Source of the DNA: a virus
Lineage: Duplodnaviria > Caudoviricetes
Virus record (IMG/VR): IMGVR_UViG_3300032007_000014
Direction: 5' to 3' (one strand)
Length of the DNA: 64,000 nt
In this document: positions 9,801 through 21,500 of the stretch, piece by piece
Layout: the number at the start of each line of letters is the position of its first letter
Numbering within the stretch: position 1 is the first letter of the stretch
Program-made: the position numbers and the translations under genes
The notes under the pieces: model-generated
Database searches by the model: none
What the model was told of the DNA's origin: nothing
Seen by the model: the letters and a program-made list of their open reading frames with translations, nothing else

Positions 9801-12800
9801 ATGAGCACACGCTCTCCAAACTGGTCACTTGAGTTTGCGAACAATCCTCTCAACATTCAACAGAGAATGCTGGAGAGATTCGAAGAATACGCTGATGGTG
9901 ATTTCATTGCAGACCCGAACAATGTCGTGAGTTTCGTGATGGAAATGTTCTCGGAACTCACGGCAGATGCCACCAGCGAGATGGATAAGACCATGCAAAC
10001 CATCTATCCATCCAGAGCGCAGAACACAAGTGATCTTTACAAACACATGTCGGATTACGACTATGTGAATTTGTTCAGCTCTCCCGCATCAGCTATCTTG
10101 CAGATCAGTCTTGACAAGACCTATCTGATGCGGAATGCGATCAGCTTCGGTAACTACAAGAAAGTGGTTATCCCGAAGTCAACCAAAATCACGATCGGAT
10201 CTCACACCTTTGGATTGTACTATCCTGTTGAAATCAGGATCAATCCTGTCAGTGAGACATTCTCCATCGTGTACGACACCACAACTTCAAATCCTCTCTA
10301 TCCAATTCAGAACAATGTATTGGAGCACAGTTTCAGACAATATGAGAACTTGAAGCTTCTCTACATTCAGCTTCCTGTATGGCAATTCGAAACGAAAGTT
10401 CACACTGAAGAACTGATCTCTGGAACGGGTTTCAATAAGACTCTGTCTTACACAAACAAGTTCTATGCGATTCGTTGTTTCGCAGAGACTTATGAGAAAG
10501 ATGATGGAGCTGAAGAACCAACTTGGGATATTCGTGAACTGTCACTTGCTCTGAACAATCAGACGTATGACCACACGAAACCAACTGCTGTATTCACAGT
10601 TCTTCCAGAATCTCAGACATGTAAGGTGAACATTCCTTACGTGTACTTCACTGAGAATCTGATCAGAGGTGCTCTGAAGATTGAGATCTACACGACAGAA
10701 GGTGAACTCAACTTCACCATCCCAACAAATACGACGGAGTATTGTGCACTTGGATTCTTCACGGATGATATCTCTGATGAAGAAGCTATCTATGCAGAAC
10801 CACTCCGTACCATTCCTGCAATTGCTGCTGTTCCGATGAACACAGTGATCAAAGGTGGATCAAACGGAATGTCGTATTCCAAACTTCGCGATTGTGTCAT
10901 CCACGATACATTCAGTGATAAACCTCTTCAAACTCCTGATGATATCGATGCCTACTGGAACAAGAAGGATTATGTCACAACTTTGTATCGTGACGGAATC
11001 ACGGACCGTATCTTCCTGACTCATGCAAAATTGACAGATGCATCCGGTGCGATCATTGGTGCCGCGACCATCGGAACACAGTTCAATGTTGGGAAGCTGG
11101 AAAATTACAGTACCATACAGAAGAACAGTTCTGTTGCAGACACTTACACGATCCTTCCGAAAACCATCTATCGTTTCGATGAGGAGTCTGGGACTTGTAT
11201 TCCTCTGACGACAGCAGAAATGTCAGACTTAGAGAAGATGACACCTTCTGAGAAGGTGAATGCTTATAACTCCAACAACTACACGATCTCTCCATATCAC
11301 CTGCAGATCTGTGTGAAGGGAAAATATCCAACAACAATTACGTACGATCTGCGTGATCCGAAGATCTTGTCAAGGGAATTCATTGGTGAAAACCAATCCA
11401 CTGCAACGCAGTTGACAGTGTACGGATCGAAGTTCTCTCACGACCTGGAGGCCAAACATTATGAACTTGACATTGCTGTCGGAAGAACAGACGATCTCAA
11501 GGATATCGAAGCAGTTGTTGAAGCCACGGATGATGACAACAAAACATATGTTGCATCTGAGAACTTCATCGTTGTGATCGAAGCTGACACCATCTACGAC
11601 AAACAGACATTTGCGAAAGCAAAGTATCTCGGTCGTTCGGGTGATCTCGATCTCTTCACGCTTCAGATCGATACTCTGTATGAACTGTATCAAGTCTCGA
11701 ACAAACACGGTCTTGGAATTGTCAAGACCTTCAAAGATGTTGATGGAACATTGACTCATGTGTTTGCACTTGACACGAGTTTCAGGATCCTGCTCTGTTG
11801 CAAGAAGAGCATCATCAGTGAATCGGAGTATCAGATCACCAAAGTTGACACGGAACTTCCAGTCGAATATTCCGACTACACTGTTCTCTCGGAACACAAG
11901 TTGACTGTTCGTTTTGGAGAAGTGATCAATGAGTTGGATCAGCGCATGTCCTTGTCTTACGACAAGTCGATCTATGACACATATCAGACAACCAAGTTCA
12001 ATGTTCTTGAATACCCGATCTACGAACGAGATGAGAAGGGTGCAATTGTTATCGAACGAGATGAAGAAACCGGGCTTCCTGTCCTCGATTCGAATGGTCA
12101 TTTGCAGCTTAAAGAATTGTATGCTGCAGGTACTATCACGATGATAACAGAAGAAGTTCCTGTAGAAGTGACGTTGAATGAAGACAACATCACATCTTAT
12201 TATAACAGGACTTTTGTGTATGAGGATGCCACAGGATCACGTGTTGCTAAAATCTCTCAAGAGAATGCAGATTCTTTGAAAGGAAAGCATGGGTTCGTTA
12301 AAGCACAGAGAACTCCTAGATTCAATATCACGAGTGCATTTTCGGACACCTCTGATGATGCTGGTGTAATTGGATCGTATGAATGTCTCAACCCAACTGA
12401 ACTTGGTGCTCTTTCAGGATCTCATGATGTCTGGAAGATGAACAAGACAACAGATGCGAACGTGACAGACTTGTATGATGAGTATCAAGTCAAAGCAGTT
12501 GATGCTGCATTACTTGCACTCAAACTTGCAACTGTTATCACGAACCATGCCGATCTTCCAACAACAGGATTACCAGGTACGTTCATCTTCGTCACGAATG
12601 ATGGAACGGATGCCACTGTTCCTGTGTACGGATTCTTGAAATCCAGCGGAGTTGATGATAGCAGTTGTCGTGCGAGATTGTACACGTGGACTTCTACTGG
12701 TTGGACTGCGTTGCTCGGTGGTGAAAACATCACAACGATGCGCAACACCATCAAAGTACTCAATCGCGGTTATACTGCGCAAGACAACGATGGACCCGAG

Positions 12801-13841
12801 ATTCCAACTTTCTGTGGATATGCGTATGTGCTCGAGATGTCGTACAATCATCTTGAGACCAACCACAACAGAATCTCGGAGATCGATAACATCGGTGATG
12901 TTGTCTATGTGTCTTGGTTGACAACAGGCACACTTCCTGGTATCAAGGGAGATGTTACCAAATATGTGTCATTTGCTCAGTGCAAAACTGTTGAAATTGA
13001 AAACGGTAAAGTTTCTGGGTCTGACCTGTACTGGAAGAACAACATCAACCAATGGCCTTGGGATGTGACGAATTGGTTGAGGATCAGAACTGCTGCTCTT
13101 TATAAAGCATCAGATTCCACCAATCCAATTCAAGTCAAACAACTTCTCACTGATGAAGTATTCGGTATTTCATTCGATGCTCAAGGATCGAGTAAATATT
13201 GCCAGTACATTACTGGTCAATTGAAACTTGATTCCAACGGACAACCGATCGAAACCAATACTCGTGACATCGTGTATCTGATCGATATGCTTCAGTTGGA
13301 TGCAAAACTGGCAATCGCCACTACATCCAATTACAACAATTATCCTTCCAGTGTCTGCGATATCATGAGGACTTACTTCGATGACATCGGTGAAGCAAAA
13401 CCGAAGTTGTTCCCGAACTCCAGGATCTTCTTCGAACCTCTCAAGTCGTTCGGATATGGAACTTTCACTGTCAATGGATCAACGGAAGATTATCCTCTGG
13501 ATATTACCATGGGATTCCGTCTCCACGTCAGTAAGGTTGCTGCTGAAGATCTGACCATGCTCGATGTCTTGAAACAGCAAGTCATTGCAATTATCGATGC
13601 AAAACTTTCACAAGGAATTGTGAACTGCGCTGACATTGCAAACGAGATCACATCAACAATAAGTGATTCTGTTTTGCATGTTGACGTGCTCGGTATCAAT
13701 GGAGATCAAAATCTTCAGACAATGACATGCACTGACACCAATGTTCGTCCACATCTCAAACACATTCTCAAGTTGCTTGATGATGGGACAACGATTGACG
13801 TTGAACGTGGTCTCGATCTTGAGATCGTTGTTTCTGATTAA
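9801..13841 (+). CDS. baseplate structural protein (phiKZ gp87-like) with insertions
   Basis: DPNNVV, YPSRAQ, DLYKHMSDYDY motifs; 1346 aa. Confidence 0.6.
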   Translation: MSTRSPNWSLEFANNPLNIQQRMLERFEEYADGDFIADPNNVVSFVMEMFSELTADATSEMDKTMQTIYPSRAQNTSDLYKHMSDYDYVNLFSSPASAILQISLDKTYLMRNAISFGNYKKVVIPKSTKITIGSHTFGLYYPVEIRINPVSETFSIVYDTTTSNPLYPIQNNVLEHSFRQYENLKLLYIQLPVWQFETKVHTEELISGTGFNKTLSYTNKFYAIRCFAETYEKDDGAEEPTWDIRELSLALNNQTYDHTKPTAVFTVLPESQTCKVNIPYVYFTENLIRGALKIEIYTTEGELNFTIPTNTTEYCALGFFTDDISDEEAIYAEPLRTIPAIAAVPMNTVIKGGSNGMSYSKLRDCVIHDTFSDKPLQTPDDIDAYWNKKDYVTTLYRDGITDRIFLTHAKLTDASGAIIGAATIGTQFNVGKLENYSTIQKNSSVADTYTILPKTIYRFDEESGTCIPLTTAEMSDLEKMTPSEKVNAYNSNNYTISPYHLQICVKGKYPTTITYDLRDPKILSREFIGENQSTATQLTVYGSKFSHDLEAKHYELDIAVGRTDDLKDIEAVVEATDDDNKTYVASENFIVVIEADTIYDKQTFAKAKYLGRSGDLDLFTLQIDTLYELYQVSNKHGLGIVKTFKDVDGTLTHVFALDTSFRILLCCKKSIISESEYQITKVDTELPVEYSDYTVLSEHKLTVRFGEVINELDQRMSLSYDKSIYDTYQTTKFNVLEYPIYERDEKGAIVIERDEETGLPVLDSNGHLQLKELYAAGTITMITEEVPVEVTLNEDNITSYYNRTFVYEDATGSRVAKISQENADSLKGKHGFVKAQRTPRFNITSAFSDTSDDAGVIGSYECLNPTELGALSGSHDVWKMNKTTDANVTDLYDEYQVKAVDAALLALKLATVITNHADLPTTGLPGTFIFVTNDGTDATVPVYGFLKSSGVDDSSCRARLYTWTSTGWTALLGGENITTMRNTIKVLNRGYTAQDNDGPEIPTFCGYAYVLEMSYNHLETNHNRISEIDNIGDVVYVSWLTTGTLPGIKGDVTKYVSFAQCKTVEIENGKVSGSDLYWKNNINQWPWDVTNWLRIRTAALYKASDSTNPIQVKQLLTDEVFGISFDAQGSSKYCQYITGQLKLDSNGQPIETNTRDIVYLIDMLQLDAKLAIATTSNYNNYPSSVCDIMRTYFDDIGEAKPKLFPNSRIFFEPLKSFGYGTFTVNGSTEDYPLDITMGFRLHVSKVAAEDLTMLDVLKQQVIAIIDAKLSQGIVNCADIANEITSTISDSVLHVDVLGINGDQNLQTMTCTDTNVRPHLKHILKLLDDGTTIDVERGLDLEIVVSD

Positions 13842-13850
13842 CACCACACA

Positions 13851-13885
13851 ACCTACAAGAGGTGCATTGAGCACCTCTTGTAGGT
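13851..13885 (+). terminator. intrinsic terminator
   Basis: ACCTACAAGAGGTGC/GCACCTCTTGTAGGT followed by T-run. Confidence 0.8.
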
Positions 13886-13936
13886 TTTTAATAATAATTG
13901 ATATTATTTGTATTGATAACTTAGGAGGATACTAGA

Positions 13937-14335
13937 TTGACAAAAAAGAATTTATCACCGGTTCAGTGCGAACGACAACTTGAACAATGTGATCCGTTGA
14001 GGATGCGATATCAAGAACATCTATCTCGTAGAGAGAAGGCATCAGCTATGCGTCATTATGCACGCAACAATGCAGCAATGCCAAAGGCAACTCTCGTCAA
14101 GATCATTCTTCAGAAGTTCGATGTTTCGAAAGAAGAGCTTGCTCGATTACTCGAACTGCAAGTGAGCGATATCTCATTGATCCTTGAAGGAAAATGGTAT
14201 CCGTATATGAATAATGCATGGATACGCATCATGAATGAACCGGATGATTTTTCACGTACAAAATTGTCAGCAGATGACAGACTCTCACCAGATGAAAAGT
14301 GGGAACTTCTTTTGAAAAGAACAAAGAATTCTTAA
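13937..14335 (+). CDS. XRE-type helix-turn-helix protein
   Basis: SKEELARLLELQVSDISLILEG; AGGAGG RBS, TTG start. Confidence 0.55.
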   Translation: MTKKNLSPVQCERQLEQCDPLRMRYQEHLSRREKASAMRHYARNNAAMPKATLVKIILQKFDVSKEELARLLELQVSDISLILEGKWYPYMNNAWIRIMNEPDDFSRTKLSADDRLSPDEKWELLLKRTKNS

Positions 14336-14351
14336 CATAAACGAGGACCAA

Positions 14352-14930
14352 ATGCACGAAGGTTTAGCTATTATAGGATTCACTGGAAAGGCTAAGAGTG
14401 GTAAAGATACCGCTGCTGAAGTCTTCAGAGAATTGGCTGGACACGATAACTGTGAAATTATGTCGTTTGCACAGCCACTGAAAGAGATTGCAATGATCTT
14501 TGGTTTCACCAGAGAACAGTGCTACAATCAAGAACTGAAAGAAGTTGTGGATGAATTTTGGGGAATTACTCCTCGTAAGTTCCTTCAGCTTACTGGAACT
14601 GAAATGTTCAGAAATCATTTTCGTGAGGATTGCTGGACTAAGTTGTTCACACGTCGTATCATCGATCTTCAAAAAAAGATGACTGGACCAAAGTTTGTCC
14701 TCGTTACGGATGTGAGATTTCCGAACGAAGTTGATTGTATCAGACAACTTGGTGGATTCATCTTCAAGATCCAACGTCCAAGTTTGTCCACTTCATCAAA
14801 CATGTACAAACATCCAAGTGAAATCTACATCGATGAACTGCAAGCAGATCTTATCATCACGAATGATTGCAAAAATCTCGATGATTATAAGTTACGCTGC
14901 AAAAACATTTTCATGGAATGGATTGATTGA
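14352..14930 (+). CDS. deoxynucleoside monophosphate kinase (T4 gp1 family)
   Basis: GKAKSGKDT P-loop, FAQPLK, PRKFLQLTGTE, DVRFPNE, HPSE. Confidence 0.9.
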   Translation: MHEGLAIIGFTGKAKSGKDTAAEVFRELAGHDNCEIMSFAQPLKEIAMIFGFTREQCYNQELKEVVDEFWGITPRKFLQLTGTEMFRNHFREDCWTKLFTRRIIDLQKKMTGPKFVLVTDVRFPNEVDCIRQLGGFIFKIQRPSLSTSSNMYKHPSEIYIDELQADLIITNDCKNLDDYKLRCKNIFMEWID

Positions 14931-15072
14931 AATTGTTTACATAACCAAGAACCAGTAAACACTGGTTCTTGGTTCTTATTTCATTTAGTAAAGAAACCAA
15001 ATATCTCGTACAAACCATCGTATAGATATTCCCAATATAACTCTCATTAACAATTAACAAGGAGAAACTCTC

Positions 15073-15255
15073 ATGGGAGCTATCACCAAAAGACAGGTGG
15101 CTGCGCTGACAATCGGTTATGCCATCGTTCGTGGGGTGGTGGAAAAGGTGAAACCTGAATCACCCGCAGAGGAAGCGAACATTGACAATGTTGCTTTCAA
15201 TCAACTCATGTCGACAGTCAAGTGTTGCTGCGACAAAATCAAGGGAGGAAATTGA
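15073..15255 (+). CDS. small hypothetical protein (60 aa)
   Basis: AAGGAGA RBS, late-type motif at 15014-15024, abuts next gene. Confidence 0.6.
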   Translation: MGAITKRQVAALTIGYAIVRGVVEKVKPESPAEEANIDNVAFNQLMSTVKCCCDKIKGGN

Positions 15256-15257
15256 TC

Positions 15258-16940
15258 ATGGCTGACCTTATCAATTTCAAACAGGCTCTGATGGCTGAAG
15301 CTGAGAAGACTCAGGAGCTGCCTCCCGTTGTCATGTCCGAATCCACTGATCTCGGACAGATGGTCTCTCGTATCACTGGTGTCGACAATCGTGGCGAAGG
15401 CGAAAGCGCTGCCGCTCTTGTCGGTCGTTATGTCGACGAGTTCACTCGCGCTCTGAATGAAGAGGCGAATGCTGATGTTCTCAAGATCTATCAGGAAGTC
15501 GTTGATGTGATTTCTGACAAGATCCTCCACGTGTTCGGCGAAATCTCAGCCGCCAAGACACACGCCGAAGAAAAAGCCGGCGAAATGGAGAAGATCAAGA
15601 ACGATATTCTCGCTCGCGATCCTTACGTTGCCGCACACATCAAGGCACCGGAACTCAACATCGATTTCCCGATGTTTGACTGGAGTGCGATCAGCGTGGT
15701 CGGGTCTAAGGCTTACATCATCGGTCGCGTGAATGGATCCGTGACTGTTGATGAACAGGAAGTTCCGGAATCCTTCTCGATGCATCACTTCAATCTCGCT
15801 GTTGAAGAGATGAAGAAAATGGAAGGAATCAAGGATGTGGAATTCACGCCTGAAACTTCCGGAGTCATCATCGACACGATCGCCGAAAACTGCACGATGC
15901 CGAAAGAAGACATCATTGTCGGCTTCCAGTATCTGAAGACAGCTACGGCTTTCAATCAGGTGATCAATCTGCTCGCTGAGAAAGATCTCGATCCTTCCAA
16001 GATCTTCAGCAACATCCTGTATTTCTCAGGAACGATCGAGAAAGTGTCCTGTGTCATCACAGCGATCACTTCCGATATCGTCGATCTTGGCGCCGCCAAT
16101 CGAAAACTGATCGATGACAACATCAGCGTTGCTCGCGTCTATCTCGAACTGATGGCGTACTACATCGCCATGCATCGTGAGACGTCTTATGCAGACGCAC
16201 TGCTTCTTCCGAACGGTGCTCTGAACAAAGACACCTATGATGCATTCGTCGCAGAAGGTGGTAAGAACATCATGATCGCGCATTACATCCGCGCCATGTT
16301 CAAAGATGATCTGTCCGCCATCCCTGTCCGTGGCGTTCCTGCTTCCAGCATCATCAAGAGTGCAACTGCTCTTGAAGAGCGTGTGAAGAGAGATATTGCG
16401 AACGTCGAACAGCGCATCCAGATCGCAACCAACCAGGCCCGCATCGCGGCATTCAAACACATTGCTGGTCAGTATATCAACAGTGCTATTGCACAGCTGA
16501 TTCCCGATGCAGATGATGTGCAGAAGGCTGCCGCCGCAAACAAGGTCTTCGTTGCAGTTGCACCTGCAATCGTTCACGCGATCAACATGTACGACATCTC
16601 GTTCATGGATGCAGCACTTTCACTCATCATGGAAGTCAGCTATCCGAACACCTTTGTGTTCGCCATGTTCAAGAAACTCGGCGCCGCCTATGTCAACCGC
16701 GTTGACCTTGGTGGAAATGTTGATCAAGCGGCGATCGACATCGCAGAAACAGGCGTCATTGCTGACATCGTCAGCGAGTTCGTTGTGAAGAAACTGTACT
16801 GCTATGAGGAGTGCAAAGACATGACTCCGAAAGCACCGGTTGTCCCACAGCAACCCGCTCCTGCTCCAGCACCTGCAGAAGGTGAGCCATCCGAACAACC
16901 GGATGCTGATCCGAATGCAGCACCTGCTCAGGAAAACTGA
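15258..16940 (+). CDS. probable abundant virion/head protein (560 aa)
   Basis: GGAGG RBS before MADLINF, strong codon bias, Pro/Ala/Glu-rich tail. Confidence 0.55.
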   Translation: MADLINFKQALMAEAEKTQELPPVVMSESTDLGQMVSRITGVDNRGEGESAAALVGRYVDEFTRALNEEANADVLKIYQEVVDVISDKILHVFGEISAAKTHAEEKAGEMEKIKNDILARDPYVAAHIKAPELNIDFPMFDWSAISVVGSKAYIIGRVNGSVTVDEQEVPESFSMHHFNLAVEEMKKMEGIKDVEFTPETSGVIIDTIAENCTMPKEDIIVGFQYLKTATAFNQVINLLAEKDLDPSKIFSNILYFSGTIEKVSCVITAITSDIVDLGAANRKLIDDNISVARVYLELMAYYIAMHRETSYADALLLPNGALNKDTYDAFVAEGGKNIMIAHYIRAMFKDDLSAIPVRGVPASSIIKSATALEERVKRDIANVEQRIQIATNQARIAAFKHIAGQYINSAIAQLIPDADDVQKAAAANKVFVAVAPAIVHAINMYDISFMDAALSLIMEVSYPNTFVFAMFKKLGAAYVNRVDLGGNVDQAAIDIAETGVIADIVSEFVVKKLYCYEECKDMTPKAPVVPQQPAPAPAPAEGEPSEQPDADPNAAPAQEN

Positions 16941-16957
16941 CACAAAAAAAGAATAAG

Positions 16958-16991
16958 CATCTAAGGTGTGGATTACTCCACACCTTAGATG
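16958..16991. terminator. bidirectional terminator
   Basis: 15-bp stem CATCTAAGGTGTGGA/TCCACACCTTAGATG. Confidence 0.75.
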
Positions 16992-17000
16992 TTCTTTTGT

Positions 17001-18332
17001 TCAGTTTCTGATTTGTGCTTGCAATTGAACAGGCAGATCATCAGAGTAATACCAAACAGTGTTGTGCTTGTCATCCTTGAAGATCTGATCTTCGCTGATA
17101 GCGAGATTGGTATGCTTCACCATCGAGTAGATCTCATCAAGAGACCTGTTCCCATCGATAGGTGATACACCAACTCTCCAATGACCGTGATTCGTCATGA
17201 CAAATCCAACCAATACTTCAGAGCATGCTCCGGTGATCGGATGGATCGCATCGAAACAGTAAGGAAGAGCTGATTTGATGACGGGAATGTACGGATGATT
17301 GATCGCGATGCATTTGACAGGAACACTCTCTCCCCAAACAGAGAGGAATGCTTGTGCACGCAGTGCAATCGAATCTGTCTTTGACGCGCACTGATTGATC
17401 GTGAAGTTCGAATCTCTCATGGATTCGTAGGTCTCATATCCTTTGATAACATCCTCAAGTTTTGTCTTGATTTCCTGTTTCTCCGGATAATGAACAGGCC
17501 ATTCAGGTGCATTGAATCCAGCGGCTTTTGGATGACCACCGCCACTGAACTTCTGAGCGATGTCGATGACCTCTTTGATATCATCTGGTGAATACACCGA
17601 ACAACGAAATCTTCCGAAATCACCGAACCAGTTGATCAGCATGAGTGCATCGATTCCTGTCTTGTCAACAGAATCAAAGAACATACTGTTCGCTTGCTTA
17701 TTGTTCGCGACGATAATCTGTCGTCCATCCAATTCCGTTCTGTAACACAGTTCATCAGCCATGGTTTTATTCCTGAGTTTGATATACTCAGAAATAGGTT
17801 TACCGTGATCGATGATCTGATCCAGTTTGAATTTCTCATTGTTGAGAAGATCTGCCCACATTCCAGCAGATTTGGTTCCAGGACGAACATCGAAGAGATC
17901 CATACCGTAGATGAACGGACCAGTGTTCTCGTATTTCCATTTCCATAGGTCGAAGTCACCGATGAGTTTGATGCACTCTGGCATTGGTTCTTCTGGGAAG
18001 AAGAATGTCCATGCCAATTCCGCACCACTCATGTCATCTCTGCGAACACCATCGATGGTGTTGAGACCAGCAGATTCGAGTTTGTCGTAGTTGTTCTTGT
18101 GATGATCGATCCAGATGATCTTGTTTCCTCTGGACTGAAGATTGCGGAATTCCTCATATGTCAATGAGAAATCCGTAACAACCACAGTTGCTCCAGGTTG
18201 GATCTTCCAGAATGGAATGGGTTTTCCATAGTTGGTTACGATACATTCCGCATTCGGGAATCGTCTTTTGACTATGGCACCAGCGCCATATCCATCGATA
18301 TCACAGTGCGTGATACAGGTTACTGGGATCAT
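17001..18332 (-). CDS. DHH/DHHA1 family phosphoesterase with C-terminal extension
   Basis: THCDIDG, TDFS, IDHH, GGGHPKAAG motifs. Confidence 0.85.
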   Translation of the reverse strand: MIPVTCITHCDIDGYGAGAIVKRRFPNAECIVTNYGKPIPFWKIQPGATVVVTDFSLTYEEFRNLQSRGNKIIWIDHHKNNYDKLESAGLNTIDGVRRDDMSGAELAWTFFFPEEPMPECIKLIGDFDLWKWKYENTGPFIYGMDLFDVRPGTKSAGMWADLLNNEKFKLDQIIDHGKPISEYIKLRNKTMADELCYRTELDGRQIIVANNKQANSMFFDSVDKTGIDALMLINWFGDFGRFRCSVYSPDDIKEVIDIAQKFSGGGHPKAAGFNAPEWPVHYPEKQEIKTKLEDVIKGYETYESMRDSNFTINQCASKTDSIALRAQAFLSVWGESVPVKCIAINHPYIPVIKSALPYCFDAIHPITGACSEVLVGFVMTNHGHWRVGVSPIDGNRSLDEIYSMVKHTNLAISEDQIFKDDKHNTVWYYSDDLPVQLQAQIRN

Positions 18333-18377
18333 AATGAGACTCCTTTCATTTGTTGAAGATTAACTCATACCATTTAT

Positions 18378-18385
18378 GTAATATA
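18378..18385 (-). promoter_or_regulatory. early promoter TATATTAC
   Basis: Consensus copy upstream of the DHH gene. Confidence 0.65.
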
Positions 18386-18519
18386 TACTTTAAAACATGC
18401 TGGCAAAATCAACGATTTAGCACAAGCCAACGCCATTTTATACATATTTTGAAAAAGGAAAACATTATCTTTTCCAAGAACAATTAAGGCAATTGTTTTA
18501 ACTAACAGGAGAAACAATC

Positions 18520-21500
18520 ATGGCTGGAACCCTGATTTACGATGCGTCAGCTGGTAGGTACCAGTACGTCATCGGAGGAAGCAGTTCCCAAGCGAAGTCC
18601 GTCAAAAAGGTTGTGACTATCGCTGAGCGTGATGCGCTCAAAGACAAGACAACTGATGTGATGGTGATGGAAGCGTACCGTGATGATCCAACTGTCGAAA
18701 CAGGGTGGGCTATTTACACGTACGTTGAATCGTCCGGTACATGGGTGAAGATAGGTGAACAGGAGTCGATGGACATCACTGTGTCACTTACCGGACTTGG
18801 CTTCACAAAAACTGCTCAAGAGTACAATGCTGCAGTCGACAACAGTCACTCCCATGTGACCGTTGGCAACGTGAAGAACACTTCTGTTCTTTATGCGGCT
18901 TATGAAGGAAACGTGGACTTCACCGCATTCACGCAGGTGTCGCTCCCTACATTCGATGAAGTGAGTGAGTTCCGTGCACTGTATCAGAAAGCAGTGTACA
19001 TCGGTGATGGTGAACCCTACTACATCGAGTCGTCTTCATTCACGAACAACTCCAATAAGTTTACTGGTATTTCCATCTCTGTAAATGACAGTATCATTGA
19101 TGAAAACACAAGACTTACGAACGTGACACAGATTACTGGTTCTATCGATACTCTTGCAGTGATCGATTCCGGCAAACTGTATGTCGTTGCCATCCCCAAT
19201 AGAGGTGGATCTTCGGTGATGTATCCGAAGAAGACAACTGATGCCACGTTCCAGGCAGGAAAACTGTACTACACACGTACTTCATTCAATGGAACCACTT
19301 CGTATATCTATACGAGGGCTTATGTCACCGCAGGTGAAACCAGAACTGGTGATTACTATGAAGGTGGTATCGCCAAGTGCGGCACTCTGCTCGGGGACAA
19401 TCAGTACAGTATTCCTGGTACTGCCTACACTCAGGTTGGAACGGATTCCAACTGGGAACAGATTGGTGCACTGCATCTCGCGTGGGCTGCCATCAAAGGT
19501 GACGGAAACAACGGACACGTTCTCTACATGGCTGGTATTAACGTCAGCTATCAGCTCGGTACTGCTGCGTATCCGAACACAACTGATCTTGTTCAAACAG
19601 CAAAGATCGACAATGAACTTTCTGGTTTCTCCACTGCATATTTCGAGAAAGTTCCGTACTATCTGAACGAGTTCAAACCGATCACAGTTGTTGAAAACAA
19701 CACACGTGTTATTCCTACTGACTGGTTGGATTTCTCGCTTGGTGGTTATTACACCATGGCACGTCGTGGTAACGGTACTACAGTGACTTACAATGGAGTC
19801 ACCTTCAAGAAGGGTACTCTGTGGCTCTGGGGTCAGAACCATGATGGTTGCTTGGGTGACGGTTACCACACCATGCATGATATGACATCGAGTGACATTC
19901 AGAATTTCAAGGATCCTGATGGAAACAACTATCCGTCTGAAATCACTCCTTGCGAAGTCGGTCGTGCAGAACCCAAACCTTTGGCTTGCATTGTCGACAA
20001 CAGTGAAGTTGTTTATGACGACTGGGTGGATTATTCTGCTGGTTGGTACCATGCAGTTGCACTCCGTTATGTCAACAAAGGCAACGGTGTTTATGAATCC
20101 GAAGTTTACCTTTGGGGTTCGAATGAATACGGATGCCTCGGCAACGGTAACTATCTGAACTATCGTCTGCAGGAAGATGGCACGTATGAAGTATCGGAAG
20201 ACGGTATCGAATATGTTGACAGACCTCGTCTGCTCACGACTGCTGAATTCCCATACAAGGATGTTGTTGCAGTTCGTGCCAACCATTACGCGGTGATTTT
20301 GGTTCGTGCCAATGGTGAAGCTTACTATGCTGGTTGCAACAAACGCAATCAGTTGGGTATCACTGCAGCAGGTGGAGATGCCGTCAATCTGGCAACCTTC
20401 ACCAAGATGTCTTCCTTCTTCAAGGATGCATATTGGGATGCTGAGACTTACGGTGGATTCGTCCTCCGTGATGTTCCGTATCTCACGAATGCCGCAGATC
20501 CGATCTACAAGAACATCTTCACCGGTGACATGTCTCTGAACAAGATCGCAAATGCTGTGACCAACAGTCATACGCACGTTGCGTCAACAGATGACATTGA
20601 TGCTGTTGTGCTGTCCGCAAAACAGTTCCTCAATAACTACGAAGCAGTTCTTTCGAATTTGCACTCGAATCCGGCAACTGGTTGGCACACCAACATGTCC
20701 GTGCTGAACAAGCTGAGTGCCTCTGGCAATACTCTGCTGTTCAATGGCAACCCGATCGAAGGAAGTGGCGGTGGATCTGGAACTGGTGTCGTCGTGGATG
20801 CTTCGAACGAACGTCTTGATGACACTGTTGATATCACCGGATTCAACAACATCGCTGGTGGTATGCCTCTGGAAGTCATCAGTTACAATGCCACGATGTC
20901 TCCTGTTGGATACATTCTGCGCGTTGCACCATCCGGTGGTCAGTACCATCGCACATCCCGTTGGGAATCCGTCGGAACTCTCAATGCTGCGGGCACTTAC
21001 ACCGAACTGCTGACAGTTGAAGCACAGTCGAAGGGACTTATCGCTGTCATGTCGGGCAGTCCCACGATCAACAAGATCGTGAACAGCACAGGTGACATCA
21101 AGTCACTGCTTACCACCATCAGAGATGCATCCTCGAATCCGCAAACTCTTACTCTCTACTACATTGCTTTCAATGATCAGGGAGAGATGATCAGGAGTTC
21201 TCAAGCGTATACGACTATCCAGCAGAACAATCTGAAGGGCGGTACGATCAGCAGTCTGGTCTACAAGTCCGCGGATGATGGAGAGTATCTCCCGATTGAC
21301 GACATGCAGAGTTCCGGACTCAACGAGAACTACGATGAAACAGAGCAGTGGATTGACCTCTATGACAGCAATCATGTTCTGAAGTTTGATGGAGCGGATG
21401 CGGAAGCTGCTGCAACAGCAGGAACTCCGTATTACTTCAACAACGGAACTCAGAACACAACGGAAGTCAAATCGTCCGCTGAGATCTGCATTCCGAAGGG

